A stretch of 64,000 nt of DNA, taken from assembly GCA_021852275.1 (NCBI GenBank), contig JAJZNX010000015.1:9316-73315 (forward strand). Direction: 5' to 3'. Origin of the DNA: Planctomycetota bacterium. Lineage in GTDB: Bacteria > Planctomycetota > Phycisphaerae > WQYP01. Below the pieces are notes generated by a model that was given only the letters and a program-made list of their open reading frames with translations, did no database searches and was not told the origin of the DNA. A program made the position numbers and the translations under genes. This document shows, piece after piece, positions 9,830-20,165 of this stretch. The number at the start of each line of letters is the position of its first letter. The stretch's first letter is position 1.

Positions 9830-11314
9830 TTATGGGGTAAGGCCCAGCCGGGTGTATTGTTCCAGCGGTGCTTCATAATTTTTCAGATGGGCTTTGAGCC
9901 GCTGAATAAAATGGTTTTCGATCCCCTCATCGGTCAGCGGATGTTGCTGGCTAGGGTCGTGGAGTAAATCCCATAACTGATGTGGCCGGTCATATCCGTC
10001 CTCTTTCGTGGGGGCTTGGGGTACGCGGCCCGATGTGGGAATTTTATACAGTGGCAAGTTATAGGTATGGCCGAAATACCGACCCATTTCAATTTGCTCA
10101 TGCACGGACCGTGGAAACCATCTATTCATGCCGGCCACGGGCATGGCGGTATAGGCATGGAGCGGGCCGCCATCGGGATTGATAGGATTACGCATGTAAA
10201 AATAGCGGCCATCGGTGATGTTGGTGGCCATGCCGAAATAGCCCAAAATGCCGTCTTTGCGTACGGGCTGGCCGGCGATGACGGGCCGAAGTGAGCGGCC
10301 ATGGACAAACGGCGGTGAGGGCACACCGAAATAGTCCAGAAAGGTGGGCATGATGTCAATAGTCTGGGTCATGGTTCTGATACGGCCTGACGACGGGTTG
10401 CCATCGGGTGGTTTTATAATCAAGGGAATTCGGCCAATTTCGCGGTAGACAGGCATAAACACCTTCATCCAGAAGCCGTGCTCGGCGAGCATGGTGCCAT
10501 GGTCGGTGGTGAAGATGATGAGTGTTTCATCAAAAATACCAAGCTCATCGAGCTTGGCGAGAATTTTGCCCAGCCAAAAATCCGTCATGGTAAGCAGACC
10601 GGCGTAACATTTGCGGATGTGCTCGACGGCGGCGGGTGATTCTTTGACCACGTCATACCTAGGCCAGTCAAAAAGAGGACCGTCCCAGGTGTCGTTATAC
10701 ATTTGTCGATATTTTTGGGTGCAGTAAAAAGGTTCGTGCGGGTCAAATATCTCCACCTGCATGAACCAATTATCCGCATGACGATTATCTTCCAGCCATT
10801 GCACAGCGCTGGCGGCCGTGCGGGGGCCGGAAAAATCTTCTTCTCGCAGTTGGCGCAGACGGTTTTTATAGTTCTGGTCATCGCGTGGGGTTACACGAGG
10901 ATCAAGTCTTTCCGGCATGGCGGGGCGATCGACCAGAGAAACCCAGGGGTCATACTCCTGGCCGCGGAACAGTTCCCAGGTGTTAAATGCGGTGTGATAG
11001 TTCTCGCCGCCGAGTTCAAAATAATGGTAATGATCGGTTAATAAATGGGTGAAGATACCCCGATCCTGCAGGAGTCGTGGCAGGACATCATCGTAGGGTT
11101 CAACAGGGCCCCAACCGCGATAGATAAAATTATACCGGCCGGTGGTAAATTCGCGTCTGGCCGGCATACATGGCAGCGAACCGACCCAATGGTTATCAAA
11201 TTGTATGCCGGAGTTTGCCAGGCGGTCGATATTGGGTGTTTTTACCCAGGGGCTGCCGTAGCAGCCCAAATAATCCTGTCGAACCGTATCCAACACTAAA
11301 AACAGAGCTTTCAT
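9830..11314 (-). CDS. sulfatase (S1 formylglycine-dependent family), no signal peptide
   Basis: 494 aa. The conserved core starts at residue 1 (MKALFLVLDTVRQD). The formylglycine motif is SLPCMPARREFTTGR (C-x-P-x-R). TTDHG is present in the C-terminal half. Confidence 0.85.
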   Translation of the reverse strand: MKALFLVLDTVRQDYLGCYGSPWVKTPNIDRLANSGIQFDNHWVGSLPCMPARREFTTGRYNFIYRGWGPVEPYDDVLPRLLQDRGIFTHLLTDHYHYFELGGENYHTAFNTWELFRGQEYDPWVSLVDRPAMPERLDPRVTPRDDQNYKNRLRQLREEDFSGPRTAASAVQWLEDNRHADNWFMQVEIFDPHEPFYCTQKYRQMYNDTWDGPLFDWPRYDVVKESPAAVEHIRKCYAGLLTMTDFWLGKILAKLDELGIFDETLIIFTTDHGTMLAEHGFWMKVFMPVYREIGRIPLIIKPPDGNPSSGRIRTMTQTIDIMPTFLDYFGVPSPPFVHGRSLRPVIAGQPVRKDGILGYFGMATNITDGRYFYMRNPINPDGGPLHAYTAMPVAGMNRWFPRSVHEQIEMGRYFGHTYNLPLYKIPTSGRVPQAPTKEDGYDRPHQLWDLLHDPSQQHPLTDEGIENHFIQRLKAHLKNYEAPLEQYTRLGLTP

Positions 11315-11450
11315 GATGGGTGTCTCCTTGCCGGGGCCGCGCCGCTGGTCGATTATAAGGGATCGTGCAATGGTATGAAATGGTCATGTTTTGCGAAAAT
11401 ATGGAATAAATTGATTCCAAATAAAATTTTGTAATTCCCAATATGTTTCC

Positions 11451-11479
11451 TTGCAAACGTTTCGGATTCATGGTAGTAT
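11451..11479 (+). promoter_or_regulatory. sigma70-like promoter candidate upstream of pseudopilin gene 1
   Basis: TTGCAA (11451-11456), a 17-nt spacer, then TAGTAT (11474-11479), with AT-rich upstream sequence. Confidence 0.35.
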
Positions 11480-11574
11480 TTGGACAAGGGTGGACGAAAA
11501 AGGAAGCAGGGTGGGCGGCGGCAGTTGTGGAGAGCCATTGGGATTGGCGGCGGATTGGAATACAGGTGGCGACC

Positions 11575-12348
11575 ATGCGAAGAGCAAACTCCAAAGCGTT
11601 CACTCTGGTGGAACTGCTGGTGGTGATCCTGATCATCAGTATTTTGATTGCACTGCTCTTGCCAGCGTTGGCGGCAGCCAGACAGTTGGCCTATATGGTG
11701 GACTGCGAATCGAACTTAAACCAAATCGGTATGGCGGAACAAATGTATGTGCAAACAACGCAAGACTTTATCGCAGATCAACCCTATTACATGGACAATA
11801 TCATGTGGGATAAACAGCTTTACCCGTTTTTGTGCGACCGTAACCTGACGAATGCCGAGTTGACTGGCAGTCACTTGATCCCATCTCTGGCGTTGCCGGT
11901 CTTTATTTGCCCGGACGATCCTCCGCGGCCTGATTTGTTTGGCGCGGTGCCGCAATCTTACGCCATTATTCGCGGTCCTAATACACATCCCGGCATTTTT
12001 GGCCTGCTGGCCTATCAGGTAGAACCATACTATAAAGAAGGCGGGGTGCGGCTGTACCAAATTCCGGATCCTGCCGGGACGATCTATCTAACGGATGGCT
12101 ACCTGGGCAATTATTCCAGCTATCCCACCAATGGACCGTTCCAAGGAGCTTTGTCGCCGCCTAATTTTATTAACACTCAGTATACCAATGCCTATACCAA
12201 TGAACCTATTGTACCGCCGCACAGCGGTGGCACCTTCAATTATTTATTTTTGGATGGCCACGTGGAAAATTTGCGCTATGCCCAGACCATTGGCCGGGGC
12301 TCACTGGCCGTACCGGAAGGAATGTGGAGCGTGGCGGCGGGCGATTAG
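11575..12348 (+). CDS. prepilin-type N-terminal cleavage/methylation domain protein, DUF1559 family (H-X9-DG-like)
   Basis: From the ATG at 11575 the protein reads [37 protein letters not shown], a class III signal with the mature hydrophobic helix. The C-terminal [18 protein letters not shown] resembles the H-X9-DG box, here with 10 intervening residues. The maximal ORF starts at 11443. Confidence 0.85.
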   Translation: MRRANSKAFTLVELLVVILIISILIALLLPALAAARQLAYMVDCESNLNQIGMAEQMYVQTTQDFIADQPYYMDNIMWDKQLYPFLCDRNLTNAELTGSHLIPSLALPVFICPDDPPRPDLFGAVPQSYAIIRGPNTHPGIFGLLAYQVEPYYKEGGVRLYQIPDPAGTIYLTDGYLGNYSSYPTNGPFQGALSPPNFINTQYTNAYTNEPIVPPHSGGTFNYLFLDGHVENLRYAQTIGRGSLAVPEGMWSVAAGD

Positions 12349-12430
12349 CTTGGCGCGGTGTTGCACACGTTACGGATATCAATGTATTACCAAAACACAA
12401 CAGTGATACTGCTTTTTCAGGAGTTATCTG

Positions 12431-15400
12431 GTGCCAAAATTCAGGAATTTGAACGTGGTCGCGATGGTATTGATGTTGGCCATGGCGGGAGGCAGCGTGT
12501 GCCGGGCGTCCCAGGCGGACCAAGCCGCCAAAACAGATACGCTGGCGGCCAAGCGGCTGCTGCAAATGGTGGTGTTAAATCCTGGCCGGATGAATGCGGA
12601 TCGGCTGCGTTTTCGTCCGCAACTGGTGCGGGTGTCCAAACTTTATGCGGAGAAGCACTACCGCCAGGCCCTGGCTGTTTTTTACCGGTATTATCTAAAT
12701 AAGTTTGCGGCTCCGCAGCATTATGGCCTGCCCAGCGCATTGGCCAGTCCGTATCTGGCGTGGAGTTGCCGGCCATTTTGGTGTGTACCGCCGCTGTTTA
12801 GCACACATACACCGATCAAAGCCGTTGTGGCGGCGGCCAATGAATTGGTGCAGGGCCGCATGAACCTGGGCGGCAAAGATCTGGCCATTGGGTCTCCGGG
12901 CACGGTGAATTGGAATTATCCATTTCCCGCCGGCAAGCGTGTACCGGCCATGTTAAAGAATCCACAACTGCATCATTGGCAGGTGAATCCGTATCCAGCG
13001 TTGATAACGCTGGGTGGATTTAATCCGCTGGTGCAAGCGTACATGCTGACCCATAAAAAGGTGTACTTGACGACCTGGGTGGCATACGTGCGAGATTGGT
13101 GCGCCCATTGCCATTACCTGGGGCAACTGAACCCATTGTTTGTGCCGGATGGCATTAACGCCCAAATCGGGGCGATGCCCATCAGCTTTATGCGATTGTT
13201 GGAAGGCATTAAAAGCGTGAATCCGGATATTCAGCGGGATGTACCGCCCGCACTTTTCGCCGAGGCTTTGCGTAAGATGTATCTGGAATCTCTGCTGCCC
13301 GGCGTAGCGTATATTCGTTCCAACACCCACAACTGGACACCGGCCTCCAGCGCGGGTCTAATGAATCCCATTGTTTTTGACGAGTTTAGCGGTTCGGCCA
13401 CGTTGTTTCGTAATATTGTCCGGCGCAGCATTGAAAATGTGGAAACTACGGAAGCGTTTCGCGATGGCTCGGAGACGCAGGAAGACCCTTGGTATAATAA
13501 ACAGGATTATGTCAATATCTGGTGGATGATGCGACTGTTGGATTCACGCCGGCTGATGGTTCCACCCTGGCAAATGATTTCCTGGGAATCGGCGGTGGCC
13601 AACAATCCTTATTTCCATCAGGATGTGCAACGGCTGCTGCGCCGCAAAAATAACTTTTTAATACATCTGCAGACCCCGCAGGGGCAGTGGCCCATAACCT
13701 TTCGCGGAGATACACGTCCCGGAGGTCCGATGCCCTACCCGTATTCACCCCAGGCGTGGAATAATCCGGTGAATGCCGCGATCATGGCGGCAATCCATGA
13801 CCCGGCTTCAGGCATTGTTCCGCCGTACACGTGTGACTGGTTTCCTTACATAGGAGTGGCGATTATCCGCGATGGCTGGAAACCTACCAGTTGCTACGGG
13901 GCCTTGTTTTGCTCGCCGCATCCGCCGGGTTACGGGGCCTTTCGCGGCCGCAGCGATAACAACAGCTTCGGTCTGGCGGCCTATGGACAGGATTTACTGA
14001 TAAACAACACCACCGGCCATTATATGTACCCCACTTCCCCGATGAAGGTGAATGGTTTTAACCAGTTCTTTGAGGCCGGAATCTATAAAGTTCCTTCTCC
14101 GGAAGGGCATAAAGCTTATGAAGTTCATGCCTGGCACACTCCGGCTCCTTGGTTGTGGTATGCTTCGCCGACGCTGAACCTGGCCGAAGGCATTTATGCC
14201 GGGCGCTGGGGGGATCTGCAGCGTCCGCGTACCGTGGCCGGCCCGTACGGTCCGGACCAGAGCATGCAGGGCACACTGACCAAAGCGCAGACTTTTGGCG
14301 GGGTGACTTTCCAAAGGCAGGTGATGCAGGTACGCCGGGCCAAATTGTGGATACTCACCGATCGGCTGCTTACCAAAAAAAATAACCACTACACGCAAAT
14401 CTGGCGTTTTCCAGTTCCGCCCGCACCTTTTTCATTCCCGACGGCGTTTAAGCTGGCGGATATTCATATCAACGCGGCGGCCCGGTCCATCACCACTGAT
14501 GAGCCTAATGGTCGCTTTAAGCCCTATCGCAATGCCCGGTGGTTGCAGCCGGTTCTCAAGGCCAATGTGCAACTATTGCAGTTTACGCAAGCCCGCCTGG
14601 CATATTCTTCCAAGGTGATCATACAACCGCCGATGGTCTGGAAGACCCGCAAATTTTATGTGCATCCGAATCTGGATCGCATTGCCGTGAAATGGCATGG
14701 CCGCGGCAATCAGCAAATTATCACGGCAATTTTAGTGGAGCCGCCGGGATCCACCCAAGGACTCAAAGACATTCATCAGTTGCGCAGCGGCAAGCAGGGG
14801 GTAGGCTTTCAGGCCGTTACGCCTAATGGCCTGCACGTGGCGTATCTGGCTTCGCCGATGGCGGATGATATCTTGACTTTGCCGCAGATGACGATACATG
14901 GGCGGGCACTGCTTGTAGCCGGTAGAGTTGGCATGGCCCTGGGTTGCAGCAGCATCAGCGTGGGAGGGAAAGCCGTGCAGGTAAGCTACCGCAACTTTGC
15001 TTTCCGCCTGGTGAGCGGCAATTTGACGAATGTGCATCCAATTCATCGGCCCATTGTACCGGTGAAAATTATGCCCAATACCACCGCGTTTGTCGGGCAT
15101 CTGAAAGTGATGCTTAGCACGCCAACCGCAGGCGTGGTGATTCGCTACACCACCAACGGGGCCAATCCAACACCGCTATCGAAGTTGTATACCGGGCCGT
15201 TTACGATCGATCACACCGCCAAAGTGCAGGCCCGAGCTTACCGACCGGGAGTAACATCCAATCCGATGACCTTAAGCGGTATAAACGCCACACCCGCTAC
15301 TGAAGCGGTATTTCACAAAATTCAGGTGCAGCCGGCATTGCCTTTCTGGATGGCCAGAGTTTGTAAGCCTGGCGTAGAATGTGCGTATTATCAGGCCGGC

Positions 15401-15922
15401 TGGCAACAGATGTGGTTGAACCTGCAAAATCTCAAACCCCAGAAAACCGGCGTGGTGAGTCACTTGTGGGATATGAAATTTATTCCCGCCACCAATCCGC
15501 CGGCAGGCAAGGCCGCAGCTCCGCGCAAAAAGTATTATGCCCTTGTTTACCGGGGTTATTTGACGATTCCGGCGACCGGCGTATATACCTTTCATGCCCC
15601 CAAAGTCTATTACATCGCCAGCACGGATCCCGGTTATCAGTTGCGGGTATATGTCGGACAGCACTTGGCGGAATGGAATCCATCCGAGCGAGTTCACGCT
15701 TTTGGCAACTGGAGTGTTGCTTTGGCCAAGGGGCCTCAGCCGTTCAAAATCGTTTATATCGATTACCGCACCAATTCCCCGCAGCGACTGAATTACCCCG
15801 GTATTCGCGACTATATCTGGGACGGTGTGCGGCCGAAGCTGGAAATTTCCGGCCCCGGTGTAAAAAAACAGCCGATACCCACGGCCTGGCTGGAATATCG
15901 TCCGTCTAAGGCCGGAAAGTAA
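12431..15922 (+). CDS. secreted heparinase II/III-like polysaccharide lyase with chitobiase-C-like and PA14-like C-terminal modules
   Basis: 1163 aa. A GTG start is preceded by AGGAG (12419-12423), and there is a signal peptide (MVLMLAMAGGSVCRASQA). RSDNNSFGLAAYGQDLLINNTTGHYMY matches the heparinase II/III-type core (D..sF.l...G..ll.d.G..Y). VVIRYTTNGANPTPLSKLYTGPFTIDHTAKVQARAY is a chitobiase/hexosaminidase C-terminal-type module. YALVYRGYLTIPATGVYTFHA looks like PA14. Confidence 0.55.
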   Translation: MPKFRNLNVVAMVLMLAMAGGSVCRASQADQAAKTDTLAAKRLLQMVVLNPGRMNADRLRFRPQLVRVSKLYAEKHYRQALAVFYRYYLNKFAAPQHYGLPSALASPYLAWSCRPFWCVPPLFSTHTPIKAVVAAANELVQGRMNLGGKDLAIGSPGTVNWNYPFPAGKRVPAMLKNPQLHHWQVNPYPALITLGGFNPLVQAYMLTHKKVYLTTWVAYVRDWCAHCHYLGQLNPLFVPDGINAQIGAMPISFMRLLEGIKSVNPDIQRDVPPALFAEALRKMYLESLLPGVAYIRSNTHNWTPASSAGLMNPIVFDEFSGSATLFRNIVRRSIENVETTEAFRDGSETQEDPWYNKQDYVNIWWMMRLLDSRRLMVPPWQMISWESAVANNPYFHQDVQRLLRRKNNFLIHLQTPQGQWPITFRGDTRPGGPMPYPYSPQAWNNPVNAAIMAAIHDPASGIVPPYTCDWFPYIGVAIIRDGWKPTSCYGALFCSPHPPGYGAFRGRSDNNSFGLAAYGQDLLINNTTGHYMYPTSPMKVNGFNQFFEAGIYKVPSPEGHKAYEVHAWHTPAPWLWYASPTLNLAEGIYAGRWGDLQRPRTVAGPYGPDQSMQGTLTKAQTFGGVTFQRQVMQVRRAKLWILTDRLLTKKNNHYTQIWRFPVPPAPFSFPTAFKLADIHINAAARSITTDEPNGRFKPYRNARWLQPVLKANVQLLQFTQARLAYSSKVIIQPPMVWKTRKFYVHPNLDRIAVKWHGRGNQQIITAILVEPPGSTQGLKDIHQLRSGKQGVGFQAVTPNGLHVAYLASPMADDILTLPQMTIHGRALLVAGRVGMALGCSSISVGGKAVQVSYRNFAFRLVSGNLTNVHPIHRPIVPVKIMPNTTAFVGHLKVMLSTPTAGVVIRYTTNGANPTPLSKLYTGPFTIDHTAKVQARAYRPGVTSNPMTLSGINATPATEAVFHKIQVQPALPFWMARVCKPGVECAYYQAGWQQMWLNLQNLKPQKTGVVSHLWDMKFIPATNPPAGKAAAPRKKYYALVYRGYLTIPATGVYTFHAPKVYYIASTDPGYQLRVYVGQHLAEWNPSERVHAFGNWSVALAKGPQPFKIVYIDYRTNSPQRLNYPGIRDYIWDGVRPKLEISGPGVKKQPIPTAWLEYRPSKAGK

Positions 15923-15952
15923 TTCGATTGGCGTTAACATAGGAGTCTCTTG

Positions 15953-17332
15953 ATGCGTTGGCGTAACTCACTGATTGTATTCTGGACATTATTACCGCTG
16001 CTCTATCTGGGAGTGGCCTATGGGGCCAGTTCCGGGCACCGGGACCACACTGCTGCCATGCGCTGGTGGAAACAAGCTCGCTTTGGCATGTTTATCCACT
16101 GGGGTATCTATAGCGAAGCGGCCGGTTTTTGGCACGGCAAGCCGGTGCCGCACAGCGACGGCGCATGGATTATGGACAAGGCCCATCTTACCCGGCAAGC
16201 CTATAGCACACTGGCGGCAAAGTTCGACCCCATCGATTTCAATGCCGACAGGTGGGTCCGCATGGCCAAGCGGGCCGGTGCCAGATATATTGTCATCACC
16301 GCGAAGCATCATGATGGATTTTGCATGTTTCGCACCAATGCCACGCACTTCAATGTGGTCGACGACACCCCATGGCACAAGGACCCGCTGGCCATGCTGG
16401 CGAAAGCCTGCAATAAATACGGCATCCGCTTTTGCACCTACTATTCGATTCAGGACTGGCATAGCCGCTACACGCTGCCGGCTATCGGCAATCCGAATCA
16501 AGGGCATCCAACGTGGCAGCCCATGCGGTTTACCGCTAATGGCGGCGGTGAAAAGTACGTGCATTATGTGCAGCGGCAGGTGGGCGAATTAATTCGTCAG
16601 TATCATCCGAGTTTGCTGTGGTTTGATAATAATATCACGCGATCCTGGATCACTCAGCAGGGCGTGCATGTAGCCGGTTGGAGCTATGTCGATGCCGCCG
16701 ATGTCTTTCACTTCGTACGTAAGCTGGATCCAACCATAATCATTAATAATCGGCTTGGATACGGCTTTGGTGATTATAAGACGCCGGAGGAGCATATACC
16801 TCCGGATGGTCTGCCCGGGGCATGGGAAACCTGCATGACCATCAACTGGACCTGGGGCTACAAACGTGATGATCATCATTGGAAAACGCCGACGGTCTTG
16901 ATTACCAACCTGATCAAATGCGCCAGCGGTGGGGGAAATTTTCTTCTCAATGTAGGCCCCACCGGTAAAGGTATCATTCCGCAATCGGAGGTGCGGCGAA
17001 TGCTGGCGATAGGTAAGTGGCTTAAAGTAAACGGCCAAGCCATTTATGGTTCGCATCGCACGCCTTTTGCCAAGGCTTTACCATTTGGTTATGCCACGCA
17101 AAAGCCGGGAATGCTATTTTTAGAAGTTACCCGCTGGCCTCATCACCAGCCACTGCTGGTGCCGATACGCAATAAAATACAAAGAGCGTATGTACTTGGG
17201 TTCCCGCAAGTGAAAGTAAAAGTGGAAAATGAACCACGCGGCCGTTTGTTGTATCTGCCCGGCAAAATGCCGGAGCCTGTGGCCACGGTTATCGCTTTGA
17301 AAATATCGGGTGCGCCGCATCCGTTGCCATGA
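15953..17332 (+). CDS. alpha-L-fucosidase (GH29-like), secreted
   Basis: ARFGMFIHWGIYSEAAG...GARYIVITAKHHDGFCMF are GH29 motifs. The signal peptide is MRWRNSLIVFWTLLPLLYLGVAYGA. AGGAG at 15941-15945 lies 7 nt before the ATG at 15953; the track starts at TTG 15950. Confidence 0.85.
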   Translation: MRWRNSLIVFWTLLPLLYLGVAYGASSGHRDHTAAMRWWKQARFGMFIHWGIYSEAAGFWHGKPVPHSDGAWIMDKAHLTRQAYSTLAAKFDPIDFNADRWVRMAKRAGARYIVITAKHHDGFCMFRTNATHFNVVDDTPWHKDPLAMLAKACNKYGIRFCTYYSIQDWHSRYTLPAIGNPNQGHPTWQPMRFTANGGGEKYVHYVQRQVGELIRQYHPSLLWFDNNITRSWITQQGVHVAGWSYVDAADVFHFVRKLDPTIIINNRLGYGFGDYKTPEEHIPPDGLPGAWETCMTINWTWGYKRDDHHWKTPTVLITNLIKCASGGGNFLLNVGPTGKGIIPQSEVRRMLAIGKWLKVNGQAIYGSHRTPFAKALPFGYATQKPGMLFLEVTRWPHHQPLLVPIRNKIQRAYVLGFPQVKVKVENEPRGRLLYLPGKMPEPVATVIALKISGAPHPLP

Positions 17333-17438
17333 GACCATCGCCGCAAGCATACGTTTCGCCGACGGCCTTTGTCGGCACCTGGGGCGCAATGCGAAGGAGC
17401 CGGCATTTGATTTTTCCAGCTTCTATCGTCCGGGCTGA

Positions 17439-18731
17439 TCATGTATTTTCCGCAGCCACCGCCTTAAACCATTGCACCAGTTTGTAATTGGGTTGCCATT
17501 GGCCATGTGATGGTACCACCGTGGCGTTGGCATAGAGCATGGTCAGTGCATACTGAGCATATTTGGCGGCGCGCACGGGGTTGTCGGTTATTTTATACTG
17601 GCGTCCGCCGGAATAGGCGGAAAGCAGCACGCGATTGCGGCGCATCAGCCTCCAAGCTTGCTGCATAAAGGTGGGGCTTAGCGGGGCGGTGGCCATGAAA
17701 TCATTCCATTGAGTCAGCGCAACGGGTTTATTCATACAGGCCAAAGTGTAGTCGACGTTGGTAAGTGTGGCCGGCTGTTTCCAATGGGCGGCAAAATGGC
17801 CATCCAGGGGCTTTTTGATCCAGCCATTGAGTACCGGGCTTTGGCTCCATTCGGTACTTAGGAATGGCTTATTGGTGAGTGTACGAGCGAAAGATAGCTG
17901 CCGGTGCATGGAGTCAACATCTTTAACATAAAGATGCAGGTCCAAGGCGGAAATATGGCTGTTGCGATTGGTCCATGCGCACAGCTCATGGGTATAGCCG
18001 GTGCAGGTCTTAATCCAGTTGGCAGAGGCGGCGTTGCAGCTCATCACCTGCGGGAGAATGTTAATAGCCGGGGCAGAAATTGGCAGGGTGGGGCGGATTT
18101 TGTGGATTTCCCTTGCAACGGCGGAATACCAGTCTAATACAGGAATTGCGCCGGTGGATGTTTTGTGCCAACTCCCCGTATTCAGGAAGAAGGTCAAAGG
18201 CTCATTATCCAAAGTTACGTAGTAGAGTTGATCCCCCATAATATCCACAAAATCTCGGACCACCTGCAGCCATTGCCGCCCCCGTGGTGAATTCACTGCG
18301 GGTATGGGCATGATGGGGTGCCCCCAATCGGCCCACAAAAAGGTGATCACCGTCTTAATGCCGGCCTTATGGAAAGCCCGTATAAGTGCAAAATACCAAG
18401 GCCAAGGGCCGTGACCAGCCTGAGCTTGACGAGCCTGCGCAATGATTTTTTGCAAGACGACGATCGAACTGATCAAACGCACGGCGTGGGCGTTAATGGC
18501 CCGCGCTTCATGCAAGGATTGCACGTCAAATCCGCCGAAAATTGTCTTGGCCGAGGCAGGTTTCTGATGCGGCGATTCCGCTGCGCGCAGGGCCAAGGGG
18601 TACCCGGAAATGGCGGCACCAGCCGCCAGCATACCCTGTACAACAAGGCGTCTGGAGATAGGGATCGATGCCGGCTGACAGGGCGTGCAAGCAGAAGAGA
18701 ATAAGGCTGTATTGTGGTGATGATCATTCAT
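17439..18731 (-). CDS. Tat-signal glycoside hydrolase-like TIM-barrel protein (clan GH-A-like)
   Basis: Twin-arginine leader ISRRLVVQGMLAAGAAISG. VTLDNEPL (NEP acid/base-type motif) and LSTEWSQS (nucleophile-type TEW) are spaced as in clan GH-A enzymes. GGAG lies 9 nt upstream of the ATG at 18731; the maximal ORF runs to 18782. Confidence 0.5.
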   Translation of the reverse strand: MNDHHHNTALFSSACTPCQPASIPISRRLVVQGMLAAGAAISGYPLALRAAESPHQKPASAKTIFGGFDVQSLHEARAINAHAVRLISSIVVLQKIIAQARQAQAGHGPWPWYFALIRAFHKAGIKTVITFLWADWGHPIMPIPAVNSPRGRQWLQVVRDFVDIMGDQLYYVTLDNEPLTFFLNTGSWHKTSTGAIPVLDWYSAVAREIHKIRPTLPISAPAINILPQVMSCNAASANWIKTCTGYTHELCAWTNRNSHISALDLHLYVKDVDSMHRQLSFARTLTNKPFLSTEWSQSPVLNGWIKKPLDGHFAAHWKQPATLTNVDYTLACMNKPVALTQWNDFMATAPLSPTFMQQAWRLMRRNRVLLSAYSGGRQYKITDNPVRAAKYAQYALTMLYANATVVPSHGQWQPNYKLVQWFKAVAAENT

Positions 18732-18910
18732 GGGGATAATCTCCGCTACAGAAAAAAATGGTGAAACGCCAGCCGCCGGCAACAGCCGATCTTGGTGCGA
18801 TCCAGCCGATGCTATGGGGCAGGTTAACGCTTACTGGTGGAGATGTCAATCCAATTATTTTGGAATAAGATTATTCCAAAAAATGGTTGAAAAATTTTGT
18901 ATTATTTTAT

Positions 18911-18939
18911 TTGACATGCCGGTTGCGAGTTGTTAAATT
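18911..18939 (+). promoter_or_regulatory. sigma70-like promoter candidate upstream of PEP-CTERM gene 2
   Basis: TTGACA (18911-18916), a 17-nt spacer, then TAAATT (18934-18939), preceded by an AT-rich tract (18880-18910). Confidence 0.4.
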
Positions 18940-19059
18940 GAAAGTGTAATAGGTAAACCGTTGTGGTTTGCCGCTATTCTTTGCGTTGTCTGGCCTGATC
19001 AACCGATGTCGGTACGTGCTGCACAGGGTGCGTTGGGCCGTTAGAGAAAGGGTACTGTT

Positions 19060-19881
19060 ATGAAAAGCACGAATCAAACCAAGGGATTGAGATTGGGCCA
19101 GGGAATGGCATGGCTGGCAGGAGCGGTGAGTTGCGTCAGTATGAGCGTCATGGCGGCCGGGCAGGCGCGGGCGACGGTTTACTTGAGCAACAACTTTAAT
19201 AACAACGGCAGCGGCTTGGGTAGCTGGACTGCACCGAACGGCGGCGTCACAGATACCGGTACTGAGTCCGCATTCACCAACACCACCAACGGCAACAGTG
19301 CGTTGTTAGACTCGGGTACCAGCAATAGCGGCACTTCTACTGTGCTTGATTCGTCAGCCTTTAGTGTTCCGATTGGCGATCCGACTCAAATCAGTTTTGA
19401 TTTCGATATTACAGCCGCCAACGTGAGTAACAACGATAATTTTGTGTTAAATAACAGTCGGAACATAATTCTCAATTTTGGTTCATTTGCAAGTGCATCT
19501 GCACCAACCCAGCCGTCGGCAATGGTTTACAAGAACGGGGCGAATGGTGTAACAACGACGTTCACGCCGAGCTTGAATACCTGGTACCACGTTACGCTTG
19601 GCCTTTCAGCCGAAAATGCCGTCACACCCTCATGGAGCCTCAATGTGACGAATACCGCCGGCCAGTCACTGTATTCTGCTTCGGACATCAGTTTCACCAA
19701 CACTCTGGAGCCATACAGTTCCCTTAGCTATTCGTTCAATGTTGGCAGTCAGGCTAGTGGTGCTGAATTTCAGATTGACAATGTGCTCGTTGCGACACCG
19801 GAACCCACGGCGATCTCCCTGCTGGTACTGGGCGGCGTGGGTTTGCTGATTTTGAAGCCGCGCAAACGAGTTCAGGCTTAA
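19060..19881 (+). CDS. PEP-CTERM sorting-domain protein (secreted, lectin-like beta-rich)
   Basis: 273 aa with a signal peptide (AWLAGAVSCVSMSVMAAGQARA). The body is Asn/Ser/Thr/Gly-rich. The C-terminus ATPEPTAISLLVLGGVGLLILKPRKRVQA has the PEP motif, a TM helix and a basic tail. Confidence 0.8.
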   Translation: MKSTNQTKGLRLGQGMAWLAGAVSCVSMSVMAAGQARATVYLSNNFNNNGSGLGSWTAPNGGVTDTGTESAFTNTTNGNSALLDSGTSNSGTSTVLDSSAFSVPIGDPTQISFDFDITAANVSNNDNFVLNNSRNIILNFGSFASASAPTQPSAMVYKNGANGVTTTFTPSLNTWYHVTLGLSAENAVTPSWSLNVTNTAGQSLYSASDISFTNTLEPYSSLSYSFNVGSQASGAEFQIDNVLVATPEPTAISLLVLGGVGLLILKPRKRVQA

Positions 19882-20165
19882 CGGATTTCCTTGGCAAGAA
19901 GCCTTGGAGATAGAAAGCAACGTCGTTTCGAATATATGGATCAGAGAGCACAGGCGGATAGTGGTAAGTTTTGGTGCAGCCGAATATCAGTATACGTTTG
20001 GTATACGGTCGCATCGTTTGGGGTAGCGTGGGTGAAGGGACATTTCAGGCCGTGGTAATTTCGGCCGGCTCGTGGGCAGTTAGAAAGGATGTCGGACCGG
20101 GCAGGTCAATGGGTGGCGGTTGATGCTTGAGCCACCCAGCTTGGCGTTTGTAAAGGAGATATGCC

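Noticed and set aside
17358-17376. The hairpin GCCGAC-ggccttt-GTCGGC between convergent genes, considered as a bidirectional terminator.
   Set aside because: It has only a 6-bp stem and no U-tract on either strand, which is too weak to call.
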